DNA of 64,000 bases from Chloroflexota bacterium (GTDB lineage: Bacteria; Chloroflexota; Limnocylindria; Limnocylindrales; CSP1-4). The stretch spans positions 22,643 through 86,642 of the forward strand of contig JAJZRG010000003.1 of NCBI GenBank assembly GCA_021802825.1. Direction: 5' to 3'. The notes below the pieces were generated by a model. That model did no database searches. It was not told the origin of the DNA and saw only the letters and a list, made by a program, of their open reading frames with translations. Below, piece by piece: positions 49,875 to 57,978 of this stretch (position 1 is its first letter; each line of letters opens with the position of its first letter). Both the position numbers and the translations under genes were made by a program.

Positions 49875-50693
49875 ATGACGCACGACGCGGTGCTGGCGGT
49901 CAACACCTGGCGGCCCGCACGATTCATGGTCATCGTGGCCCACCCCGACGATGCCGACTTCGGCCCCGCGGCCACGGTCGCCCGCTGGATTGACGAGGGT
50001 TCGGAGGGCTGGCTGGTCTGCTGCACGAGCGGCGACGCTGGTGCTGACGACTGGCGCCAAGACCCGCTCGAGCTCGCGGCGACCCGGGAGTCAGAGCAGC
50101 GCGAGGCGGCGCGCATCGTCGGCTACGCGGGCATCTCGTTCCTGCACCAGCCCGATGGCGCGCTGGCCAACGACCTCGCTTTGCGCGAGCAGCTCGTCCG
50201 CGAGATCCGCACCTTCCGCCCGGACGCGGTCCTGTGCGTCGATCCGGAGACGGTCTTCTACACCGACGGCGGCGTGAACCACGTCGACCACCGGACGGCT
50301 GGCCTCGCCGCGGTCGATGCCGTCTACCCCGCCGCACGCAACGCGATGGCGTTCCCCTGGCTGGCGCGTGACGGTCTCGAGCCGCACAGCGTCCGGCGGC
50401 TGTTCCTGTTCTGGACGAACCGGCCGACGGCCGCCGTGGACGTCGCAGCGACGCTGGACCGCAAGCTCGAGGCCCTGCGCGCCCACCCGAGCCAGATCCG
50501 CCAGCCTGAGCGGCTCGAGCCGCGGATCCGCCAGTGGGCGCGCGAGGAGGGGAAGCGGATCGGGGTCCAGGCGGCCGAGGTCTTCCGCGTGGTCGTGATC
50601 GATGAGGACGAGGAGCCCGAGGCCGCAGCCGAGACGGCGGCCGATGCCGGGGCGCAGGGCGCGTCGGTCGGCGCCCCCGGGTCGGCGAACTGA
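49875..50693 (+). CDS. PIG-L/LmbE-family deacetylase
   Basis: VIVAHPDDADFG and HVDHR zinc-site motifs. Confidence 0.85.
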   Translation: MTHDAVLAVNTWRPARFMVIVAHPDDADFGPAATVARWIDEGSEGWLVCCTSGDAGADDWRQDPLELAATRESEQREAARIVGYAGISFLHQPDGALANDLALREQLVREIRTFRPDAVLCVDPETVFYTDGGVNHVDHRTAGLAAVDAVYPAARNAMAFPWLARDGLEPHSVRRLFLFWTNRPTAAVDVAATLDRKLEALRAHPSQIRQPERLEPRIRQWAREEGKRIGVQAAEVFRVVVIDEDEEPEAAAETAADAGAQGASVGAPGSAN

Positions 50694-50702
50694 GTCCTGG
50701 GC

Positions 50703-52475
50703 TCAGCGGTCTTCGAGCATCGCCGGCCGGACTCGGCCCCACGCGTCCCAGACCTCGCCGAGCCCGGCGGCTCGCGGTCCGAGCGCAGCTTCGACGCGGG
50801 TGAGCGAGAGATCGTCAGCTTGGTCCGCGAGCCACAGGTCTGCGCGCACCACGGCGCCGTCGAACAGCGCCGCCAGCGCAGACTCGCCGGGCCAGGCGCG
50901 GACGCGCATCCGGTCCAGCCCCGCGTACCCGACCGCCAGCGACAGGTCGCGCGGGGAGGGGACCCGATCATCGGCGAACCCGCCCATGCCGTACCGGAAG
51001 CCCAGCGCCGAGAGCGCCTGTACGATCTCGCGCTGCTCATCGTTCGAGAACAGGCGCCAGAACGCGTTCTCCTCGTCCACGTCGATGTAGCCGTCCTCGA
51101 TCGCGCGAGCCGCGATGGCGTCGACCAGCTTGGCGATCTGGACGTGCCAGGCGGCGGTCGCGCTGGCGTCGCCCCGGGCCAGGGTCGCGACGAGCTGCTC
51201 GCGGGCCGGGGTGTCACCGCGCAGGATCCGCAGGATGACGGGCAGCTTGTCCCGGCCGGCGGGGACGGGGGGGCGCGTGTCGTATGCGGGTTCGGCGCCA
51301 TCTGGCCACGCGGCCCCGTCCTCGGTCGGCTCCTCGGGCGCCGGCGGCGCGGCCTGCTGGCGCTCCTCGCACGCAGCCAGCGACTCGCGCGCGGCCCGGC
51401 ACTCGGTCTCGGAGCGCTCGGCGGTGATGCGGGCGGCGTTCGCCTCGAGCTCGAGCTTCTCGAGGGCGGCCGCCTGGACGCGCAGCTCGTCCGTCCCCGC
51501 CCGGACGCGACGCGCCGCGTCCCGGGCGGCGGTGTTCGCCACGCTCACGGCGGTGAGCCACGCGCGAGCGGCCTCCTCCGCGTCGTCGGTCGTGTGGGCA
51601 GCCGCGTGAGAGGTCTGGAACTGGACGTGAAGGCGCTCCTTCTCGGCGGCCAGCCGGCGCGGGTCAGCGAGCGAGCCGGCCTCCTCGACGCGAGCCTGGA
51701 GGTCCGAGTGTGCCCGCTGGCCCTCCCGCAGCCGATCGGCAAGGGCGCGGGAGGCCTCTCGTGCTGTGTCGGCCTCGACGCAGGCGCTTGATGACTTGAC
51801 GCGCTCCTGCGCGCACGGATCGACTGTGGTCGCGTCGGGAGCTGGTTGCGACGGCGAGGTCCTGGGCTTGCCGCGGGTCGGGCCGCGGGCGAGGACCGGG
51901 ATCGCGACGAGCTCGGCGGCCAGCGCGGGCCGGTGCTCCGTGGCCGGCGGCCGGGCCCGGACGGAGACGTCGGCGCGGAGCGGGCGGATGTCGACGTGGG
52001 AGGGCAGTACAGGCGCGATCGCCTCACCGCCGTCGGCCGCGACCCGTCGCTCGGCGACGGCAACCGCCACGGCGCCCGTCACCGACGCAAGGGTCTCGCC
52101 CGGCGTGTGGCCGTCGCGCACGATCGGGATACCGACCGCACGGCCGGAAAGGCCAGGTCCAGAGAGAACGCGGGTTCGAATGTCGGCGCGCCAGGACGCC
52201 GAGTCCGGCGACGGGACCAGCCCGACCGCGACGGCGTCGGCGAAATCCAGCTGCGCGTCTTCGTCCGGCGAGCCGGGTGCCGGCTGGGCGACACGGGGCG
52301 GCCGGGGCGAACCGACCACCAGCCGCTCGCGCGGTGCCATCGCGTTCGGCGTGACGGTCACTCGGACCACCGGCCGGAAGGGAGAGCGTGGCCGGGCCAC
52401 GACGAGGAGCATGGCTCCCGCGGTGATGCCCACGAGGAGGCCGAGGGCCAAGAAGCCGATCTCGGACGGGCTCAC
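50703..52475 (-). CDS. Membrane-anchored coiled-coil protein with C-terminal globular domain, unknown function
   Basis: GTG at 52475 with GGGAG 5 nt upstream. N-terminal TM GFLALGLLVGITAGAMLLVV. A central A/E/R-rich coiled coil of about 200 aa. The track ORF upstream extension was rejected. Confidence 0.45.
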   Translation of the reverse strand: MSPSEIGFLALGLLVGITAGAMLLVVARPRSPFRPVVRVTVTPNAMAPRERLVVGSPRPPRVAQPAPGSPDEDAQLDFADAVAVGLVPSPDSASWRADIRTRVLSGPGLSGRAVGIPIVRDGHTPGETLASVTGAVAVAVAERRVAADGGEAIAPVLPSHVDIRPLRADVSVRARPPATEHRPALAAELVAIPVLARGPTRGKPRTSPSQPAPDATTVDPCAQERVKSSSACVEADTAREASRALADRLREGQRAHSDLQARVEEAGSLADPRRLAAEKERLHVQFQTSHAAAHTTDDAEEAARAWLTAVSVANTAARDAARRVRAGTDELRVQAAALEKLELEANAARITAERSETECRAARESLAACEERQQAAPPAPEEPTEDGAAWPDGAEPAYDTRPPVPAGRDKLPVILRILRGDTPAREQLVATLARGDASATAAWHVQIAKLVDAIAARAIEDGYIDVDEENAFWRLFSNDEQREIVQALSALGFRYGMGGFADDRVPSPRDLSLAVGYAGLDRMRVRAWPGESALAALFDGAVVRADLWLADQADDLSLTRVEAALGPRAAGLGEVWDAWGRVRPAMLEDR

Positions 52476-52780
52476 AGGTCTCCCTTGCGGGCGGGCGGTG
52501 GATCCGCGCAGCCTGTCGGGCAGCGTAGCTGCGCCACGCGCGCGCGTCAACCGCAAGTCGCGCGGGTTTGTGAACGGAGTCTCGCAGGTCCCGACGGTCC
52601 CGTCTCGCCCGCCCAGCGTGCTGTCCCTCGAACGAGGCGGCCCCCAGCGGCGCCGATCGCTGGGCGGCCCCGTGGCCGTGCGTGACTGCCCCCTGGGGCG
52701 GCCAGTGCCAACCCGCCGCGCGGTTCCGCGCCGCCAGGGGATGCCGGACGGCGGCGTCGCAACGTCGCCTCGGGGGCGGG

Positions 52781-52835
52781 GCATTGCAGAAGGGCTGCGA
52801 GGCGGAGTCGCGGCCAGTCAGCCGCTGTGCAATGC
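52781..52835 (+). promoter_or_regulatory. Extended imperfect hairpin/inverted repeat upstream of the Rieske/cyt b operon
   Basis: GCATTGCAG...GGCTG...CAGCC...CTGTGCAATGC, about 100 nt upstream of the 52931 start. Confidence 0.3.
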
Positions 52836-52930
52836 ACCCAAGGGCTTGCTACTCTCTCGCGGTCGGCGGCGTTCCTCGCTGAGGTGTTCCGCCATGCAGC
52901 AATACCCCAGCCGAGAGGCCTGACCGCTTC

Positions 52931-54763
52931 GTGACCCTCGATCTCGCGCAGGACTTCCTTGTCCAGCCCGTGGACGCGTCCTGGCTCCAGTGCAACATCG
53001 AGTGCCAGGAGGCCTGCCCCGTCGGCACGAACTGCCGGGGCTACCTCAACCTCGCTGCCGAAGGGCGGTTCGAGGAGGGGTACCTGCTCGCGCGCGAGCC
53101 CAATCCGGTTGCCGCGATGTGCTCGTACGTGTGCTCGGCGCCGTGCGAGCGCGCGTGCCGGCGCGGGGACATCGACCGGCCGCTCGCCATCCGGGCGATG
53201 AAGCGGTTCCTGGTCGAGTGGCACGAGGCCTCGGGCATCCCGGACGTCATGCCCGAGATCGCGCCCCGCGAGGAGCGGATCGCGGTCATCGGCGCCGGCC
53301 CGTCCGGCCTGGCGGTCGCCCGGGAGCTCGCGGTCAGGGGCTATCAGATCACGGTTTACGACAGCCTCCCGTACGGGGGCGGCACCCTGCTCATGGGTGT
53401 GCCCGCGTTCCGCCTGCCGCGTGAGGCGATCGAGATGGACGTCCGGCTCGTCGAGCGCCTGGGCGTGACCTTCGTGTTCGACACCCAGATCGGCGTGGAC
53501 GTCCAGTTCGAGGACCTCCAGCGCGACTTCGACGCGATCGCCATCTGCGCGGGCGCGATGAACCCGGTCTACCTCGACATCCCCGGGGCCGACCTCGAGG
53601 GCGTGCTCTACGGCGTGGACTTCATGAAGAAGGCGAACCTCGGCCAGGAGGTCGCGGTGGGCCACAACGTCGTGGTCGTCGGCGGCGGCTACACGGCCAT
53701 GGACTGCGCGCGCACGAGTCTGCGCTTCGGCGCCGAGAACGTCACCATCGCCTACCGGCGCACCCGCTCGGAGCTCGTCGTGGACGAGGAGGAGCTGGGC
53801 GAGACCGAGCTCGAGGGCGTCCGGATGGACTTCCTGGTGAGCCCGATCGAGCTGCTGGGCGAGGACGGCAAGCTGACCGCGATCCGGTTCATCCGCAACA
53901 AGCTGGGCGAGCCCGACGCCTCGGGCCGTCGCTCGCCGGTGCCGATCCCGGGCTCCGAGTTCACGCTTCCCTGTGACACGATCATCCCAGCCGTCTCGCA
54001 GGCTGCGGACCTCTCGTTCCTGCCGGTCGAATCCTCGTTCGAGGTCAACCGGGGCCGGATCAAGGTGGACCCGGCGACCTACGCCACCAACGTCCGCGGC
54101 GTGTTCGCCTGCGGCGACTTCGTGACCGGCCCCACGACACTGATCGAGTCCGCCGGGCATGGCAAGAAGGCCGCATACGCCATCGACCGCTACCTCGACG
54201 GCCGCACCGACGTCACCGTCACCCCCAACGTCAAGATCACCAGCTCGTGGCGCCACGACATGCCAGAGCTGTACGACGTCCTGCCGCGCCAGCACATCCC
54301 GACGCTGGAGCCGGCGGCGCGCATGCCCAGCACGGATCCGGCGGTCAACTTTACGACTCCGGTGGAGCTGGGCTACGACGCGACGGCGGCCGTGGCCGAG
54401 TCCACGCGCTGCCTCATGTGCAACTACAACATCTGGTTCGACCCGTTCCGGTGCGTACTGTGCGGCGCCTGCGCAGACGTCTGCCCCGAGGGCGTCATCC
54501 ACATGGTGGACGTGAACCAGCTCAAGACCGAGGGCCTGCTGCCCGAAATCGAGGAGGCCTACGGCTGGTCGCAGGGGGCGGCCATGATCCTCGACGAGGA
54601 GCGGTGCATCCGCTGCGCCCTGTGCGTGAAGCGGTGCCCCTTCGATGCGATCACGATGGAGCGGTTCGAGCTCCAGGAGATCTCGAGCGACGGCCGACTC
54701 TACAAGGAGTCCTACCGAGACGCGCAACTCGCCGGGACGGCCGGCGTGGCAGGAGGAGCGTAG
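52931..54763 (+). CDS. GltD/NfnB/SudA-like NAD(P)H-dependent flavo-iron-sulfur oxidoreductase with C-terminal 2x[4Fe-4S] ferredoxin domain
   Basis: N-terminal Cys clusters (CNIECQEACPVGTNC; CSYVCSAPCERAC). Two dinucleotide folds (IAVIGAGPSGLAVA, VVVVGGGYTAMDCA). C-terminal CLMC...CVLCGACADVCP and CIRCALCVKRCP. Confidence 0.8.
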   Translation: MTLDLAQDFLVQPVDASWLQCNIECQEACPVGTNCRGYLNLAAEGRFEEGYLLAREPNPVAAMCSYVCSAPCERACRRGDIDRPLAIRAMKRFLVEWHEASGIPDVMPEIAPREERIAVIGAGPSGLAVARELAVRGYQITVYDSLPYGGGTLLMGVPAFRLPREAIEMDVRLVERLGVTFVFDTQIGVDVQFEDLQRDFDAIAICAGAMNPVYLDIPGADLEGVLYGVDFMKKANLGQEVAVGHNVVVVGGGYTAMDCARTSLRFGAENVTIAYRRTRSELVVDEEELGETELEGVRMDFLVSPIELLGEDGKLTAIRFIRNKLGEPDASGRRSPVPIPGSEFTLPCDTIIPAVSQAADLSFLPVESSFEVNRGRIKVDPATYATNVRGVFACGDFVTGPTTLIESAGHGKKAAYAIDRYLDGRTDVTVTPNVKITSSWRHDMPELYDVLPRQHIPTLEPAARMPSTDPAVNFTTPVELGYDATAAVAESTRCLMCNYNIWFDPFRCVLCGACADVCPEGVIHMVDVNQLKTEGLLPEIEEAYGWSQGAAMILDEERCIRCALCVKRCPFDAITMERFELQEISSDGRLYKESYRDAQLAGTAGVAGGA

Positions 54764-55492
54764 GTGAGCTTCCTGGAGCGGGTTGACCAGTCCATCCGGC
54801 GAAGCCCGGTGTGGCGGTCCATCTTCCGCAACCCGTACCCGAACGACGAGCGCTCGCGCGCGTACGCGGTCATGAACAACGTGTTCCTGCACCTGCACCC
54901 GGTGCGGGTCCGGCAGCACGCGGTCAAGTTCGCCTACACGTTCTGCCTCGGCGGCCTCAGCTTCTTCCTGTTCCTCGTGCTGACGGTCACCGGCGTGTAC
55001 CTGATGTTCTTCTACATCCCCTCGGACACGCAGGCGTACTCGAACATCCTGGACATCCAGTCGCGAGTGGTGTTCGGCCTGCTGACCCGCAACGTCCACC
55101 GGTGGGCCGCCCACCTGATGGTGTTCTTCGTGTTCCTGCACATGATGCGGGTCTTCTACCACGGGGCCTACAAGCCGCCGCGCGAGTTCAACTGGGTCGT
55201 CGGCGTGGTGCTCCTGTTCCTCACGATCATGCTCTCGTTCACGGGCTACCTCCTCCCGTGGGACCAGATCGCCTACTGGGCCATCACCATCGGCACCAAC
55301 ATGGCCGGCTACGCGCCGCTGTTCAACACCCCGTCCAAGCTGCTGCTTCTGGGCGGCATCGAGGTGGGCCAGAACACGCTGCTCCGGTTCTACGTGCTCC
55401 ACATCATGGTCTTCCCCCTTGTTGCCGCGATCTTCCTGGCCGTGCACTTCTGGCGGATCAGGAAAGACGGCGGCATCTCCGGCCCACTCTGA
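54764..55492 (+). CDS. Cytochrome b6-type subunit (N-terminal four-helix half of cytochrome b)
   Basis: H-x13-H in helix B ([15 protein letters not shown]). H-x14-H in helix D ([16 protein letters not shown]). FCLGG Cys at the position of the b6 heme-ci Cys. YLLPWDQ. C-terminal [10 protein letters not shown]. The GTG directly follows the upstream TAG, with AGGAGGAG 5 nt upstream. Confidence 0.9.
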   Translation: MSFLERVDQSIRRSPVWRSIFRNPYPNDERSRAYAVMNNVFLHLHPVRVRQHAVKFAYTFCLGGLSFFLFLVLTVTGVYLMFFYIPSDTQAYSNILDIQSRVVFGLLTRNVHRWAAHLMVFFVFLHMMRVFYHGAYKPPREFNWVVGVVLLFLTIMLSFTGYLLPWDQIAYWAITIGTNMAGYAPLFNTPSKLLLLGGIEVGQNTLLRFYVLHIMVFPLVAAIFLAVHFWRIRKDGGISGPL

Positions 55493-55507
55493 GCCGAGGC
55501 TGACGAC

Positions 55508-56122
55508 ATGACCGAGACCAAGCCCACCGAGACGCGCACCGTCCAGCCGGTTGACCCGGCGCGGCGCACGGAGATCGACAAGCAGCGCGTCCCGATGTCG
55601 GCGCGCCCGTACCGCCTGCTCGCGCTGGTCAAGCAGGACGCGGTCGTCCGGGTCCAGAAGGAGCCGGACGACACCGTCATGACGTGGCCACACCTGCTGG
55701 CCATCGAGTTCATGGCGGCGGCCGTGATGAGCGTGTTCCTGCTGCTCATGGGCCTGTTCATGAACGCCCCGCTCGAGGACCTCGCCAACGGCAACATCAC
55801 GCCGGCCGTGGCGAAGGCCCCGTGGTACTTCCTGGGCCTTCAGGAGCTGCTCGCCTACTTCCACCCGACCGTCGCCGGCGTGCTCGTGCCGACGTTCGTG
55901 CTGGTGGGCGCGGCCCTGATCCCGTTCGTGGACCGGGCCAACATCTTGGCCACGCGCCCGAGCGACCGCAAGACCGCCGTGGTCCTGTTCTCGCTGTTCT
56001 GCGCGCTGGGCCTGTTCGTCACCTTCGTCGGGATCTTCTTCCGGGGTCCCGGCTACGCGTTCGTCATCCCGTATCTGAACTTCTTCTCGATCGGCACGCC
56101 GGGTCTGCACTTCGCACTGTGA
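55508..56122 (+). CDS. Cytochrome b C-terminal half (subunit IV-like)
   Basis: Three to four TM helices. KAPWYFLGLQELL (PEWY-type Qo motif variant). Confidence 0.85.
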   Translation: MTETKPTETRTVQPVDPARRTEIDKQRVPMSARPYRLLALVKQDAVVRVQKEPDDTVMTWPHLLAIEFMAAAVMSVFLLLMGLFMNAPLEDLANGNITPAVAKAPWYFLGLQELLAYFHPTVAGVLVPTFVLVGAALIPFVDRANILATRPSDRKTAVVLFSLFCALGLFVTFVGIFFRGPGYAFVIPYLNFFSIGTPGLHFAL

Positions 56123-56141
56123 CCCGAGGGACAGCGGAATC

Positions 56142-56816
56142 ATGAGCAACTACTCGGTCGAGCCTGCGAACAAGCCGCAAGCCCTGACGAAGGAAGCCAT
56201 CAAGGCCCTCCGCCATGAGCAGGTTCAGGGCGTCTCCCGCCGCGAGCTCCTGCGGGGGTCGCTGGCCGCCGCCATGGGCCTGTGGCTGGTCGAGGTCACG
56301 GCCGGCACGGTCGGGTTCCTGTGGCCAAACCTGCAGGGTAAGTTCGGCGGCCTCGTCAAGGTTGGCGACTTCGCCTCGATCAAGGCCGCCAACTCCACCC
56401 TGCCGATCGACCAGGGATTCCCGGCCTACGTCTCGAGCGCGAAGGCCTTCGTCGTCCTCTACGACCCGGCGGAGCAGCGCTTCCTGCCCGGCGAGGACCC
56501 CGTCGGCGACGGCAGGGCGGTCAACGTCCGCGCGCTGTACCAGCGCTGCCCGCACCTCGGCTGCAAGCCCAACCCCTGCGTCAAGAACTTCTGGCTCGAG
56601 TGCCCCTGCCACGGGTCGCGCTACGACCGGCTGGGCATCAAGGCCTTGGGCCCGCAGTACGGGCCGGCGCCGCGGAGCATGGACCGCTTCGCGACCATCG
56701 TCGACGATGCCGGGGTGCTTACGGTCAACACGGGCAAGATCACGCTGGGCCCCCTGCCGATCGCGGTTGGCCAGCCCGGGATCATCCCGCCGCGCACCCC
56801 AACCGGCTGCATCTAG
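56142..56816 (+). CDS. Rieske [2Fe-2S] protein
   Basis: Twin-arginine signal SRRELLRGS. Cluster boxes CPHLGC and CPCHGS. Confidence 0.9.
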   Translation: MSNYSVEPANKPQALTKEAIKALRHEQVQGVSRRELLRGSLAAAMGLWLVEVTAGTVGFLWPNLQGKFGGLVKVGDFASIKAANSTLPIDQGFPAYVSSAKAFVVLYDPAEQRFLPGEDPVGDGRAVNVRALYQRCPHLGCKPNPCVKNFWLECPCHGSRYDRLGIKALGPQYGPAPRSMDRFATIVDDAGVLTVNTGKITLGPLPIAVGQPGIIPPRTPTGCI

Positions 56817-56859
56817 CCCTACGCCGCCCACAAGCGTCCGCTGCCCACCGAGGAGACCG

Positions 56860-57975
56860 ATGACCGACCAGCCCGGCCGCCAGCACGAGGAGCGCCTGCC
56901 CGCGCCGCGGCCGTCGTCCGCGCCCGTGCCGGCCTCGCGCTTCTCGGCGCCACCGTCGGCCCACCGCAACGACCTCACGCCCGCGCGCGCGGCCGGGATC
57001 GTCCGCCAGTCGGGCAACGCACGCTGGGTGGGCTTCCTGGCGGTGACGATCGTCGCCCTGTTCGTCATCGGCTACTACTTCTACGAGCTGGGCGTGCCGG
57101 GCATCCCGGGCAGTGCCCGTCTCGACTCGGCGGTCAAAGCCCAGCAGGTCACCAACGTGGAGCGCGGCTACAACGTCTTCCAGGCCAACTGCGCACAGTG
57201 CCACGGGGTCAACGGCCAGGGCGGCAAGGGCCCGGTCCTCAACGACCAGTCCAAGCTGTTCGCGCACCTCAACGAGGACTACCTGCGCAACATCCTCCAG
57301 GTGGGCGGCCGCTACGCCTGCGGCAACCCCAACTCGATCATGCCCGTGTGGTCGAACACCGGCAACCCGCCGGGCCCGCTCAACTACATGCAGATCAACG
57401 ACGTCATCGCGTTCATCCGCGCGTCCAAGGCCGACACCTACGTGAAGCTCGACCCCAACCTGTCCGAGCCGGTCGTGGACCCGGTCACCAAGCAGGTAGA
57501 GACCTTCAACGGCTGGGTGGACCCCAACTACTCGCCGGCCCCGGGCGCGACACCGTTCCCCGCCTGCTGGACGGATGCGTTCAAGAACCCGGCCTCGGCC
57601 GCCCCAGCCCCGGGCGCCTCCGCAGCGCCGGGCGCCTCCGGGTCGGCCCCTGTCCCCTCCGGCTCGTCACCCGCCCCGTCGGGCGCTCCGACCGGCACCA
57701 CGATCGACATCACCGCGCTCAACATCGCGTTCGACAAGACGGACATCACGGCCCCAGCCGGGGCGCCGTTCACGATCCACTTCGACAACCAGGACCAGGG
57801 CATCCAGCACAACGTCGAGATCAAGGACGGAGCCGGGAACCAGGTGTTGGCAGGCTCGCTGATCACGGGGCCCGCGGTGATCGACTACGCCGTGCCAGCC
57901 CTCCCGGCGGGCAGCTACAGCTTCCTGTGCATCGTCCACCCCAACATGGCCGGCACCATCAAGGCGGGGAGCTGA
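56860..57975 (+). CDS. Membrane-anchored monoheme cytochrome c fused to a cupredoxin domain
   Basis: ATG at 56860 with GAGGAG upstream. TM WVGFLAVTIVALFVIGYYF. Heme motif CAQCH with a distal Met (IMPVW). Ala/Pro/Ser linker. Cupredoxin ending YSFLCIVHPNMAGTI. Confidence 0.8.
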   Translation: MTDQPGRQHEERLPAPRPSSAPVPASRFSAPPSAHRNDLTPARAAGIVRQSGNARWVGFLAVTIVALFVIGYYFYELGVPGIPGSARLDSAVKAQQVTNVERGYNVFQANCAQCHGVNGQGGKGPVLNDQSKLFAHLNEDYLRNILQVGGRYACGNPNSIMPVWSNTGNPPGPLNYMQINDVIAFIRASKADTYVKLDPNLSEPVVDPVTKQVETFNGWVDPNYSPAPGATPFPACWTDAFKNPASAAPAPGASAAPGASGSAPVPSGSSPAPSGAPTGTTIDITALNIAFDKTDITAPAGAPFTIHFDNQDQGIQHNVEIKDGAGNQVLAGSLITGPAVIDYAVPALPAGSYSFLCIVHPNMAGTIKAGS

Positions 57976-57978
57976 GCG

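Noticed and set aside
52547-56149. 1200-aa minus-strand ORF spanning the whole Rieske/cyt b region. Similar giants occur at 646..2073, 7544..9484, 15715..17550, 19761..21701, 21406..23832, 25648..27249 and 43591..45972.
   Set aside because: These are antisense shadow ORFs of genes with unmistakable motifs on the opposite strand. Their translations are Arg/Gly/Pro/Asp/His-rich low-complexity strings with no motifs. Stop codons are rare in all frames at this GC content.
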